A stretch of DNA of 48,605 bases from Elainellaceae cyanobacterium (GTDB taxonomy: Bacteria > Cyanobacteriota > Cyanobacteriia > CAZCXK01), in the NCBI GenBank assembly GCA_051117555.1, contig JBNPEG010000079.1:1-48605 (forward strand). Reading direction: 5' to 3'. A program made the position numbers and the translations under genes. Within the stretch, counting starts at the first letter, position 1; each line of letters opens with the position of its first letter. The notes beneath the pieces were generated by a model. The model was not told the origin of the DNA. It searched no databases and saw only the letters and a program-made list of their open reading frames with translations. Below are positions 9,943 to 18,793 of this stretch, one piece after another.

Positions 9943-10749
9943 ATGAGTCGCGTCATTGTTATCACATCGGGTAAAGGTGGGGTGGGTAAAACTACCTGTA
10001 CTGCTAATTTAGGTATGGCGATCGCCCAACATAATCGTTCTGTAGCGGTCGTTGATGCAGATTTTGGTCTAAGAAACTTAGACCTACTGTTAGGGTTAGA
10101 AAACCGAATTGTTTATACAGCAATCGAAGTCATTGCTGGAGAATGTCGTCTCGATCAAGCCCTCGTCAAAGATAAACGACAGCCTAATCTAGCCCTTCTG
10201 CCCGCTGCGCAAAATCGCACCAAAGAAGCCGTAACCCCAGAGCAGATGAAAGAACTGATAGGTGCGCTGTCGGAAAACTATGACTACGTTTTGATTGATA
10301 GCCCCGCTGGAATTGAAATGGGTTTCAAAAACGCTACCGCAGGAGCCCAAGAAGCGCTCATTGTGACCACACCTGAGATTTCAGCAGTACGGGATGCAGA
10401 CCGGGTCATTGGTCTGCTTGAGGCAAATGACGTAAAAAAAATAAAGCTCATCGTCAATCGCCTGAAGCCTGAAATGGTGCAGGAAGATATGATGATGTCG
10501 GTTCAGGATGTGCAAGAAATCCTTGCCATTCCACTGGTTGGGGTGATTCCTGATGATGAACGTGTAATCGTGTCCACAAATCGGGGTGAGCCACTCGTGT
10601 TAGCGAAAGGAATTTCGCTGGCAGGCATTGCATTTAATAATATTGCGCGTCGTTTAGAGGGTGAAAACGTTCCCCTCCTCGACCTAATGGCTGCCCATGA
10701 CGACTTATTCTCCCGGATTCGCCGCATGTTTCGCAATAGCTCTCGTTAG
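9943..10749 (+). CDS. minD: Septum site-determining ATPase MinD
   Basis: SGKGGVGKTT deviant Walker A, DADFGLRNLD, IDSPAGIE, C-terminal amphipathic helix. Confidence 0.98.
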   Translation: MSRVIVITSGKGGVGKTTCTANLGMAIAQHNRSVAVVDADFGLRNLDLLLGLENRIVYTAIEVIAGECRLDQALVKDKRQPNLALLPAAQNRTKEAVTPEQMKELIGALSENYDYVLIDSPAGIEMGFKNATAGAQEALIVTTPEISAVRDADRVIGLLEANDVKKIKLIVNRLKPEMVQEDMMMSVQDVQEILAIPLVGVIPDDERVIVSTNRGEPLVLAKGISLAGIAFNNIARRLEGENVPLLDLMAAHDDLFSRIRRMFRNSSR

Positions 10750-10845
10750 TTCTTAATTCTGTTCATTGTGTCTCGATAGTCGCTCATGGCTGATTCAAGT
10801 GTTGAATCGTGATATTTCTCTTAGCTCAATTCCGTAATAAGCTTC

Positions 10846-11124
10846 ATGATAATCGAACTCCTTGACCGACTCTTTCATCGCAATCCTGACAGCAGCAGCC
10901 GTGAGGATGTCAAGCGTCGCTTGCAGATTGTGTTAGCTCATGATCGGGCCGACTTACCCCCTGCCACGCTTGAGAAAATGCGGAAAGAGATTTTAGAGGT
11001 CGTTTCTCGATATGTTGAAATCGACCCAGATGAATCCGAATTTTCGCTTGAGAATGACCAACGGGTGACTGCTCTGATTGCAAACTTACCGATTCGTCGA
11101 GTGAAAGCCGAGTCTCAGAGCTAA
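10846..11124 (+). CDS. minE: Cell division topological specificity factor MinE
   Basis: [23 protein letters not shown]; follows minD. Confidence 0.97.
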   Translation: MIIELLDRLFHRNPDSSSREDVKRRLQIVLAHDRADLPPATLEKMRKEILEVVSRYVEIDPDESEFSLENDQRVTALIANLPIRRVKAESQS

Positions 11125-11187
11125 TCATTTTGAAGCGGGCGATCGCGATCGCTTAGAGTTCTTATTGCTATCAATGTCTCGATTGTA

Positions 11188-11439
11188 ATGGAGCACATCG
11201 CCTGGTTGATAATAGTTTGGATTGGTGGAACTGCGACTATTTTAGGAAGTTTGATGACGCTCGGAAGCTTAATACTTTGGCTTGCCCCATCCTCAAAGCA
11301 AGCTCGGAACGGCGACTCGTCTATATTTCCTCAATTATGGTGCAGCCGACTCAAATTGCTCGGCGTGTCTCTCGCACTGACCGCATTGGGACTGGGATTA
11401 TTGATTGCGATTCCCCTTAACGCTTGGACTTTTATCTAG
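11188..11439 (+). CDS. Small two-TM hypothetical membrane protein
   Basis: 83-aa ORF with two hydrophobic segments. Confidence 0.55.
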   Translation: MEHIAWLIIVWIGGTATILGSLMTLGSLILWLAPSSKQARNGDSSIFPQLWCSRLKLLGVSLALTALGLGLLIAIPLNAWTFI

Positions 11440-11459
11440 CCATAGAGATTGCGAGAGGG

Positions 11460-11545
11460 TATAGCGTATGCGCTTGAGTTGAGCAAAGTGGTGTAGAGCG
11501 CGGCGCGGCACCATTTCTGTCCATAACGCAATTACAAATTGCTAT
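11460..11545 (-). mobile_element. Degenerate family B miniature element (inverted)
   Basis: tatagcgtatgcgcttgagtt...aacgcaattacaaattgctat is the reverse complement of the 14271-14365 family. Confidence 0.65.
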
Positions 11546-11594
11546 GCGTGAAATCTGCACTGCATTGCTTTAAGTGTGAATTTCTCCTGACAAT

Positions 11595-11668
11595 GCTCAA
11601 TGGTTGGGGGCTCAATGGTTTGGGCTCAATGGTTGGGGGCTCAATGGTTGGGGGCTCAATGATTGGGG
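11595..11668. repeat. Tandem repeat of about 15-16 bp (gctcaatggttgggg), about 5 units
   Basis: Directly visible; the last unit overlaps the stop codon of the 11656-12048 gene. Confidence 0.9.
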
Positions 11669-12048
11669 TAATGACGCGACTCGTTTAATTCGGTATGTAA
11701 GAAGGAGGGTAACTCTCGTTTTCGTAATCGTTTCACCGTGATGCTTGGGTTACACAACCTCACCCAAACACTACACATAGAGTCAGAAGAAGTTACGATC
11801 ACGGTGTCTTGCTGTGCTAGCTTGCATGCATAGTGATAGAGGCGCGCTCGAATCGGGATCGGAACCGTATGCAGCCGATAAAACAATTCATTTCGGTAAT
11901 ACATCCCATCTTGAATTGTGTGCTCGAACCAAAACTTAAAGGGAAAAATACTGTCTTCGTCGATTACGGGGGGTAACACAATAACGCCTATCACTCGTGT
12001 GTAATTAGCTGACAGAGTCCTGGAATTAGCCAGTTTTAACACATCCAT
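11656..12048 (-). CDS. Conserved cyanobacterial hypothetical protein
   Basis: 130-aa ORF with FPFKFWF...GMYYRNELF..L and CSVWV.L motifs. Confidence 0.7.
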   Translation of the reverse strand: MDVLKLANSRTLSANYTRVIGVIVLPPVIDEDSIFPFKFWFEHTIQDGMYYRNELFYRLHTVPIPIRARLYHYACKLAQQDTVIVTSSDSMCSVWVRLCNPSITVKRLRKRELPSFLHTELNESRHYPNH

Positions 12049-12092
12049 AGGTGTGTGCGCCTAAGCAAATTCTCTAAATGTTGATCGCGCTG

Positions 12093-12806
12093 CTATACCC
12101 AATCACATCGATCGCCCTGCCTTAATGGATGATGCTGCCACAGTTGGTCAATCGTGACAAACTGATATCCGCGATTCAATAATGTGGGAATAATCTGACG
12201 AACCGTCGCCGCCGCATCGGCTCCGCCGTGGTATCCGTCATGCAAAACAATTAGCGAACCATTTCGGGTCTGTTGCTCAATGCGCCGTGTGGCGATCGCA
12301 ATACCGGGTCTAACCCAATCTTCTGGGACAACACTCCACATCACAGATCGATATCCCCACTGGTGAAGCTGCGTGAGTATCGTGGGCGTAAACAGTCCAT
12401 TGGGGGGACGAACGTCGCGCACCTTAGCCTGAACATACTCAGGCGTGAGTTGACATGCGTTGGCGATCGCCGTTTGCGTCATGGTCAAACTTTGCTTTAG
12501 CTCATCCGAAGATAACCTTGGAAATGAGCGATGGTGATAGCCATGTAACCCAATCCAATGACCTCTCCGATAAATGTCTTGAGCAATGTGGGGCGATCGC
12601 TCGACGCAGCGTCCCAACAAAAAGAAACTTGCTTTAATCTGATACTGATCGAGACTATCTAAAACCTGAGGTGTGTAGTCTGAATGAGGTCCATCATCAA
12701 AGGTTAATGCGATTCTGGGGAGTGCATTACTTCCTGACCAAAGGCAATCAGGAAACATAGGGCTCAAGACTCGATATAGCCACGGATAAAGACTAGCAAA
12801 TTGCAT
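12093..12806 (-). CDS. Polysaccharide deacetylase (CE4/NodB)
   Basis: ALTFDDGP, HGYHH, RPPNG, LHDG motifs. Confidence 0.93.
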   Translation of the reverse strand: MQFASLYPWLYRVLSPMFPDCLWSGSNALPRIALTFDDGPHSDYTPQVLDSLDQYQIKASFFLLGRCVERSPHIAQDIYRRGHWIGLHGYHHRSFPRLSSDELKQSLTMTQTAIANACQLTPEYVQAKVRDVRPPNGLFTPTILTQLHQWGYRSVMWSVVPEDWVRPGIAIATRRIEQQTRNGSLIVLHDGYHGGADAAATVRQIIPTLLNRGYQFVTIDQLWQHHPLRQGDRCDWV

Positions 12807-13286
12807 ACCGCTATAATTAATTGCTCAAACTCTTTGATATCCTAAAAAAATTAAATCTTTGAAAAATCGCAGTGTCGCTTCTTGGCAAAAAATTGGGCTC
12901 TCGTGAGATGAACTTGCAAAGCCTCCTCGATGCTCCGCATCCCTGCTATTGAAGAATTTCTGCTTTCATCATCAACTCAATCCTAAAGACTAAAGATTAG
13001 CCGGTTGACCGATAAAACTCTGATACTGGCTGTTCAAACTACGCCCATCACCGATAGGATATTTAGAAATATTAACCGAGCGGAGGTTGAGAAGTTAGGA
13101 TGGAGTTAAATGCTCGGAATAACTCAATCAATATTTCATATGGTGTAGCAGACGTTTAAAGTTTGCGATGGAGCAGCGATTCTAGGGCTGAATGCCCTAG
13201 GATTCAACGGATAGAATCGCTATACTCCAGTAAGGCGCATTAAATAAAGGTTATTCTGTTTTTTAGAATTGCTTAGGGCTGGATTC

Positions 13287-13928
13287 ATGACCTCATTTGC
13301 CACATCGACTGTTAGAGCGGATTTGAGTGAACTTCGTCGTCTAAAGACCCTCTTGCCTCCTGAATTAAAGAGCTGGGTCACGATTGAGGGCGCAACATCA
13401 ATCGATCCGCCTTTGGTTACCTGCGAAGAGATTGGAAAGGATCAGGTAGAGATTCAGATTGACTTGGTGAAATGGGAGCAACTGGCGCTTGATCAGCGAA
13501 ATCTTCTGTTCTGGCATGAAGTTGCTCGAATTCAAAATGACACGATTCCGCGAGATGGCTGGGAAATGGCGGCGTTGGCAATTGGTTTGGGAGGAGCCGT
13601 CGGTGAGCTATGGGTACAAGACGGGCTTTTACTCTTGTTGGCGCTATCCCTTTGTGCTGTATCGGGATATCGACTCTATAAACGAAATAATGGTGCTAAG
13701 ACTTTGACTGATTCGGTCGATGCGGATGAGCGAGCGATCGCTCTCGCAACTCGGTTTGGATACAGTTTGCCCAATGCGTATAAGAGCTTGGGGAGTGCGT
13801 TGAAAGTGCTGATCGAGCAGACTCCTAAAAAGCGACTACGTAAGCGCTATGAGGCTCGTTTGCAAGCTCTTAAGAAGAGTGCATCTCGCGCAAAGGCGAA
13901 GGCCAAGTCAGGTCGAGGGGATGGATAG
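13287..13928 (+). CDS. DUF3318 family membrane protein
   Basis: ELRRLKTLLPPEL, QRNLLFWHEVARIQ, EMAALAIGLGGAVGELWVQDG; ATG at 13287. Confidence 0.85.
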   Translation: MTSFATSTVRADLSELRRLKTLLPPELKSWVTIEGATSIDPPLVTCEEIGKDQVEIQIDLVKWEQLALDQRNLLFWHEVARIQNDTIPRDGWEMAALAIGLGGAVGELWVQDGLLLLLALSLCAVSGYRLYKRNNGAKTLTDSVDADERAIALATRFGYSLPNAYKSLGSALKVLIEQTPKKRLRKRYEARLQALKKSASRAKAKAKSGRGDG

Positions 13929-13972
13929 AATCAACATCCATGTGATTTTAAGCAACAAGCCAATTGTGGTGA

Positions 13973-14057
13973 TATAGCCCTATGGGCTTAGGTTTGTGTG
14001 GTGAGCTCCCGCGGCGCGGGGGCTCACCACACGTTTGACGTCCTAACGCGAGAGCTA
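13973..14057 (+). mobile_element. Family C TATAGC-type miniature element
   Basis: tatagccctatgggcttaggtttgtgtg then hairpin gtgtggtgagctcccgc..gcgggggctcaccacac; truncated copy at 29607-29634. Confidence 0.6.
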
Positions 14058-14100
14058 ATTCGACGCATACTGTGATGAATGAAAGGCTTTAAAGTCATTT

Positions 14101-14182
14101 TGTGATCTAGATCAATAACACTAATGATTTTTATCACAAATTAATGGGATCTGAGTCATACCTTAAGTCGAGAAAGATCACA
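14101..14182. promoter_or_regulatory. Four CRP-type TGTGA-N6-TCACA boxes at 22-bp period
   Basis: TGTGAtctagaTCAAT (14101), AATGAtttttaTCACA (14123), TGGGAtctgagTCATA (14145), GTCGAgaaagaTCACA (14167). Confidence 0.6.
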
Positions 14183-14270
14183 TGAAAACTACGAAGTGAA
14201 TCACTGAGTGATGCGGCTGAACATTGAATACTTGTTTTCATTAGCAATCACGCATCGTGATTCATTCATC

Positions 14271-14365
14271 TATAGCAATTTGCAATTGCGTCAAGTACAG
14301 AAACGGTGGTGTGGGGCGCGCCGCGCCCCACACCACCGTACCTAACCCAAGCGCATACCGCTATA
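14271..14365 (+). mobile_element. Family B miniature element
   Basis: tatagcaatttgcaattgcg...cgcataccgctata; perfect hairpin acggtggtgtggggcgcg.cgcgccccacaccaccgt; second copy at 15145-15239. Confidence 0.8.
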
Positions 14366-14600
14366 GGTTTCAATCAGTTCTCAGTTAATCCTTAACTGAG
14401 TTGTTCGATATTAACGTCTTTGATTGTGGCGATGAGTTCAGCTCTGAAGCTAATTCTAATAGCTGCATAAATGTCACCTATTCAGGTGAGTCTGCTGAAT
14501 GAAGCGCATCTAGACGGATATGTTCTAATCTCGTTCTAGTTTTGAATCATTAAGTCTGTTCTCTGATATTTGTTTACCAGCCCTTCGGGAGAATTCAACA

Positions 14601-15143
14601 ATGTCCAATACTACTCAATCGGCTACCGTGAGACGCGTTCTTCAACATAGTCTACAGCGATCGCTTACGGGATCTTGGTTAGTATTGGGTTTGATCATAA
14701 TGGGAGTATGGTCTGGGGCTGCTTATAGCGTTGACGTTTCTGCATCTCCACTGCACAAGCAAGCAGTTGATTCTACCTCTGAGGCGATAGACGGTGTTTA
14801 TTTATATGGGCAATCGTCGGAGCCCTCTCAGGTTGGAGTTGCCTACGCCGTATTTGAGATTAATAACAGTGAAGCAGTGGGTGCTTTTTATATGCCCCAC
14901 TCATCGTTCGATTGTTTCCGAGGTGAACTAAGTGCTAGTCAGCTTCGGTTGAGGGTTAGAGATAGCTATGATCAGGCCATTCATCCCTATGCAATAATGC
15001 TGCAAGATAACGTCGGCGTCGCCAGCGTTGAAGGAACGGCGCCTCCGCCGATTGAGCTGGTTGGTTATCATCAGATTCAAGAGCTAAGTGATACTGATCA
15101 TCAAATCTTGGCGACCTGTAAGGCAAATTCTCAAAGTTTTTGA
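14601..15143 (+). CDS. Conserved cyanobacterial secreted or periplasmic hypothetical protein
   Basis: RBS GGAGA; hydrophobic N-terminal segment; DGVYLYGQS..P.Q, VGAFYMPHSSFDCF, D..IL..C motifs. Confidence 0.8.
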   Translation: MSNTTQSATVRRVLQHSLQRSLTGSWLVLGLIIMGVWSGAAYSVDVSASPLHKQAVDSTSEAIDGVYLYGQSSEPSQVGVAYAVFEINNSEAVGAFYMPHSSFDCFRGELSASQLRLRVRDSYDQAIHPYAIMLQDNVGVASVEGTAPPPIELVGYHQIQELSDTDHQILATCKANSQSF

Positions 15144-15144
15144 T

Positions 15145-15239
15145 TATAGCAATGTGCAATTGCGTCAAGCACAGAAACGGTGGTGTGGGGCGCGCCGTGT
15201 CCTACACCACCGGACTTAATCCAAGCGCATACCGCTATA
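15145..15239 (+). mobile_element. Family B miniature element copy
   Basis: Near-identical to 14271-14365; its terminal CTA is the stop codon of the NlpC/P60 gene. Confidence 0.8.
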
Positions 15240-15984
15240 ATTTGTTTGAATATTGGCACGGTTGAGGGTGATAGCTTTTCAAAATTCGCCCTCCCCTGCG
15301 GAATTGCCGATAATATGCTGCGCTTACGGTGTCAGCATGCTCGGATAGGATATCAATAGCGATGCCATTGCGTCCTTGATCGCGGCCCGAGCTGTGGATG
15401 TATCGTTGTTCGCCTAAATGGATGCCTACATGGGTTGTTCGTTGCGGAGTCCCAAAGAAGACTAAATCTCCAGGTTGCAGGTCGTGTTGAGATATGGGTG
15501 AGGTGAACGCTTCTTGCTGATAAGAGTCTCGCGGAAGCCAAACTCCTGCGGAGGCAAAGGCTGTTTGCACTAACCCAGAACAATCGTAATTTGGACCCAC
15601 TGTTCCTCCCCAAAGATAACGGTTAGGATGTTTCATGGCAGCCATGGCATAGGCGATCGCACCCAGCAGGCGATCGCGAAGTTGGGATTCGCTCAGCGTT
15701 ACTGCTCGGTAGGGCAATTCACTCACCTCAATCAGGTCAACGCATTCGAGCGGCATCCAAGCGGGATAACCGTCTTCGCATAGACTAATCAAGATCGCGC
15801 GATCGCCAATTGTTCCACCAATGGTTAGGGGGAGTGATAAGATACGCAATTGACGCCCCGCAACTGCTTGGGTAGCAAGTCTCTCTAATTCAGGAGAGTC
15901 AAATAAGTCAATAGTTCCGTAGCACTGATATTCGGTGGTCGGATCAATTGATAACGACGCGTGTAATTCTGAAATTGAAACCAT
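15235..15984 (-). CDS. NlpC/P60 (C40) peptidoglycan endopeptidase
   Basis: YLWGG...YDCSGL, LPRDSYQQ, PGDLVFF, THVG, IHSS; ATG at 15984 avoids overlap with the + strand gene. Confidence 0.92.
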   Translation of the reverse strand: MVSISELHASLSIDPTTEYQCYGTIDLFDSPELERLATQAVAGRQLRILSLPLTIGGTIGDRAILISLCEDGYPAWMPLECVDLIEVSELPYRAVTLSESQLRDRLLGAIAYAMAAMKHPNRYLWGGTVGPNYDCSGLVQTAFASAGVWLPRDSYQQEAFTSPISQHDLQPGDLVFFGTPQRTTHVGIHLGEQRYIHSSGRDQGRNGIAIDILSEHADTVSAAYYRQFRRGGRILKSYHPQPCQYSNKL

Positions 15985-16920
15985 ATGCCATTTTTCCAGC
16001 ACGATGAACATCTGAATCGTCTGGGCAATCAAATTTTAGACGCAACATGGAGTGAGTTTCCTGGCTTAGCCCGAAATCAGATTGCTTTGACATGGATCGT
16101 CTATGATCAGCCGGTTATCGTCAATACGGGCGGCGCACTCAGCCCAGACGAGTTTTGGAGACAGACTGTTCGCGGATTTTCATATCGAGGATTAGAGCGC
16201 ATTTATCCGGCCAGTGTTGTCAAACTATTTTATTTGGTAGCAGTCTATGAATGGCTCGACACGGGAATGATTCCCACCTCTGCTGAGCTTGAACGCGCAG
16301 TTCGGGACATGATTGCAGACTCTAGCAACGATGCTACGAGCCTGGTCGTGGATATCTTAACGGGCACAACGAGTGGTCCAGATCTGCCGCCCGGTCCGTT
16401 TGAGACATGGCAGCATCAGCGTAATCTTGTCAATCGATATTATCAATCCTTAGATTGGCCTGAGCTAGAAACAGTCAATATCAACCAAAAGACCTGGTGT
16501 GAGGGTGCGTATGGTCGAGAACGGACATTCTTAGGGGATGTGATGGAAAATCGAAATATGCTGACTACCGACGCGACTGCACGGCTAATGCACAGTATCG
16601 TTGGGGGAGTTGCTGTGTCTGCCGAGCGATCGCAAGCCATGATGAATTTAATGCGGCGTAGCCTCAATCCGTCGGCACTGGCACTCGATCCTGAGAATCA
16701 GATTGTTGGATTTTTGGGAGCAGCTTTGCCTCAAGCCGCAAACATATGGTCAAAAGCAGGGCTGACTAGCAAAGTTCGACATGATGCCGCTTATGTGGAG
16801 TTAGAAAATCAGCAGCCCTATTTGTTAGTCGTGTTTACAGAAGGCAAAGAGCATAGCCAAAACGAAGCTATTCTCCCTTTCGTTTCGTCCCAGATTGCAG
16901 AAGCAACGAGCAATCTATAG
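15985..16920 (+). CDS. Serine hydrolase, class A beta-lactamase-like / low-MW PBP
   Basis: SxxK (ASVVKL), SxN (SSNDA), KAG motifs. Confidence 0.9.
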   Translation: MPFFQHDEHLNRLGNQILDATWSEFPGLARNQIALTWIVYDQPVIVNTGGALSPDEFWRQTVRGFSYRGLERIYPASVVKLFYLVAVYEWLDTGMIPTSAELERAVRDMIADSSNDATSLVVDILTGTTSGPDLPPGPFETWQHQRNLVNRYYQSLDWPELETVNINQKTWCEGAYGRERTFLGDVMENRNMLTTDATARLMHSIVGGVAVSAERSQAMMNLMRRSLNPSALALDPENQIVGFLGAALPQAANIWSKAGLTSKVRHDAAYVELENQQPYLLVVFTEGKEHSQNEAILPFVSSQIAEATSNL

Positions 16921-16942
16921 CTACAAGATAAGGGATTAGCGT

Positions 16943-17599
16943 TTAAATAATGTCAGGAATGTCAGGCGATCGCACCGTTCGTTGATATCGAGACCGACAT
17001 GGGCTTCCCCAACACACGTATCGAGAAGGCATGGAGCCAAATACGCTGCTGCGAGCACCAATCACCGCATTCGACCCAATGTAAACGCCCGCTCCGATGA
17101 AACAGTCCGTTGCTATCCACACGCCATTTCCAATTTTGATCGGAGCGACTTTGAGGTTAAATGCCGCATCGTGAATATCGTGACTTCCGGTGCAAAGGTA
17201 GCACTTCTGCGAAATCACAGAATGCTGCCCGATCTGAATCTGGTCAAGACTATAGAACACAACATCATCCCCAATCCAGCTATGATCGCCGATTTTAATC
17301 TTCCAAGGAAACGTGAAGCGAGCAGTGGGGCGAATGATTACGTGATCACCGATCTGGGCACCAAATAACCTCAGCAGAGCAATTCGCAGCCCATTAGAGG
17401 GGTGAGGAGTGAGGGGAAAGGCGATCGCCTGCACAAGCCACCACAGTAAAACAATCCACCCTGAACGCCCCCGATCAAACCAGGATTGGTCATAGCGACT
17501 CAAATCTATTAGAGACGCCGCATCGATATCGGGTAATTCTACAGATGCCTTTGACGATGCGACCTGATCAGCGGTCTTAGATGGCTCTACATGAGACAT
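16943..17599 (-). CDS. hpsU: WcaF-like acetyltransferase (hormogonium polysaccharide HpsU type)
   Basis: DLSRYDQSWFDRGR.GW..LLWWLVQAIAFPLTPH N-terminus; hexapeptide repeats; CTGSHD. Confidence 0.8.
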   Translation of the reverse strand: MSHVEPSKTADQVASSKASVELPDIDAASLIDLSRYDQSWFDRGRSGWIVLLWWLVQAIAFPLTPHPSNGLRIALLRLFGAQIGDHVIIRPTARFTFPWKIKIGDHSWIGDDVVFYSLDQIQIGQHSVISQKCYLCTGSHDIHDAAFNLKVAPIKIGNGVWIATDCFIGAGVYIGSNAVIGARSSVFGSMPSRYVCWGSPCRSRYQRTVRSPDIPDII

Positions 17600-17640
17600 G
17601 GCGTAGTCTAAACTCTATGCTGATATGCAAACTGGGGTGA

Positions 17641-17787
17641 TATCAATTTTTGATTTTTGATTTTTGATTGGTCGGCGAAAGCTGAGTGGCTTTCAGAGTT
17701 TGCATCTATCCCTCTAATTTGCAGAATTGCTCTGAAACTAGATCTTCATCCTCAGGGGTGACACCGCGGCGTCCTGGATGATTGGTA
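17641..17787. mobile_element. TAYCAATT...ATTGGTA-type miniature element containing TTTTTGA heptamers
   Basis: Ends tatcaatt / gattggta; reverse complement aligns in patches (agatgcaaa.tctg, caatc.aaaatc, aaaattg.tat) with 37353-37583. Confidence 0.5.
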
Positions 17788-17799
17788 TATGGCAATTGG

Positions 17800-18759
17800 C
17801 TATGTCTGAGCATCCGTTTGAGGGACGGTGTCAGGAGGTTGTATATCAGATAGGGGAGTGGAGTCAGAGCGAGTATTCAATTGCCCACCAAACTGCCGCA
17901 ATTCGTAAAGTTTGACTCCAATTTGATATTCATATTGGCTGAGCAGCCGTGCATAGATATACCCTGCTCGACCATCTAAGAAACCAAGGCGAATCCCATA
18001 CGACAAGATAAACCGCAGCAAAGGCTTGAATGGCAAGCGTACCCAAAGTTTCTTGAGAAACCGTTTCCGCTGGACTGAATCTCCGAATAAATTGGCTCCA
18101 ATCGTGCCGTCATCGCCCATCCCCGTGAGCAAATTGTGATAGACTCTGGCTTCCCAATTTGAGTAGCGATTATGTCGTTCAATCCAATGAAAAAGGTCAC
18201 GAAAATCTTCGTGGAGCATGTCATTTTTGAGATACCCGACCTGTCCTTTCAAAACGACATGTTCATGCACCTCATTGTCGCCCGTATTGGGAATTTCTTC
18301 AGTGCTGAGGTTTTCGTAGCGTCCCTTAGCGTGGCGAAATAATCTTAGGTTCCAGTCAGGATATTTGCCGCCATACCGAATCCATTTGCCCAAGAAAAAC
18401 ACGCGCCGGTTGAGATAGTAGCCGTTATAGTCGGGGTTCTGAATGGCTGTTGCGATTTCATCCCAGAGTTCGGGGGGAATGCGCTCATCGCAATCGACAA
18501 TCAGCACCCATTCATTCCGAAGCGGCAGATGCTCTAGCGACCAGTTTTTCTTCTTAGGCCAGCGACCGTTGAAGTGAAACTGGACGACCTGCGCTCCATA
18601 ATGCACAGCAATTTCGCCTGAGCGATCGCTGCTTTGAGAGTCTACGACAAAAATTTCGTCTGCTCTCGACACACTTTCTAAACAGGCAGGTAGATTCTGT
18701 TCTTCGTTTTTTGCAGGAATCAGGACTGAGACTGGGATTTTGGACGATGCAGAATTCAT
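17800..18759 (-). CDS. Glycosyltransferase family 2
   Basis: SVLIPAKNEE, VVDSQSSD, IVDCDE, EVHEH; ATG at 18759 preferred. Confidence 0.93.
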   Translation of the reverse strand: MNSASSKIPVSVLIPAKNEEQNLPACLESVSRADEIFVVDSQSSDRSGEIAVHYGAQVVQFHFNGRWPKKKNWSLEHLPLRNEWVLIVDCDERIPPELWDEIATAIQNPDYNGYYLNRRVFFLGKWIRYGGKYPDWNLRLFRHAKGRYENLSTEEIPNTGDNEVHEHVVLKGQVGYLKNDMLHEDFRDLFHWIERHNRYSNWEARVYHNLLTGMGDDGTIGANLFGDSVQRKRFLKKLWVRLPFKPLLRFILSYGIRLGFLDGRAGYIYARLLSQYEYQIGVKLYELRQFGGQLNTRSDSTPLSDIQPPDTVPQTDAQT

Positions 18760-18793
18760 ATCAGTTGGGTAGAACGAGGACAAGACGAACAAG

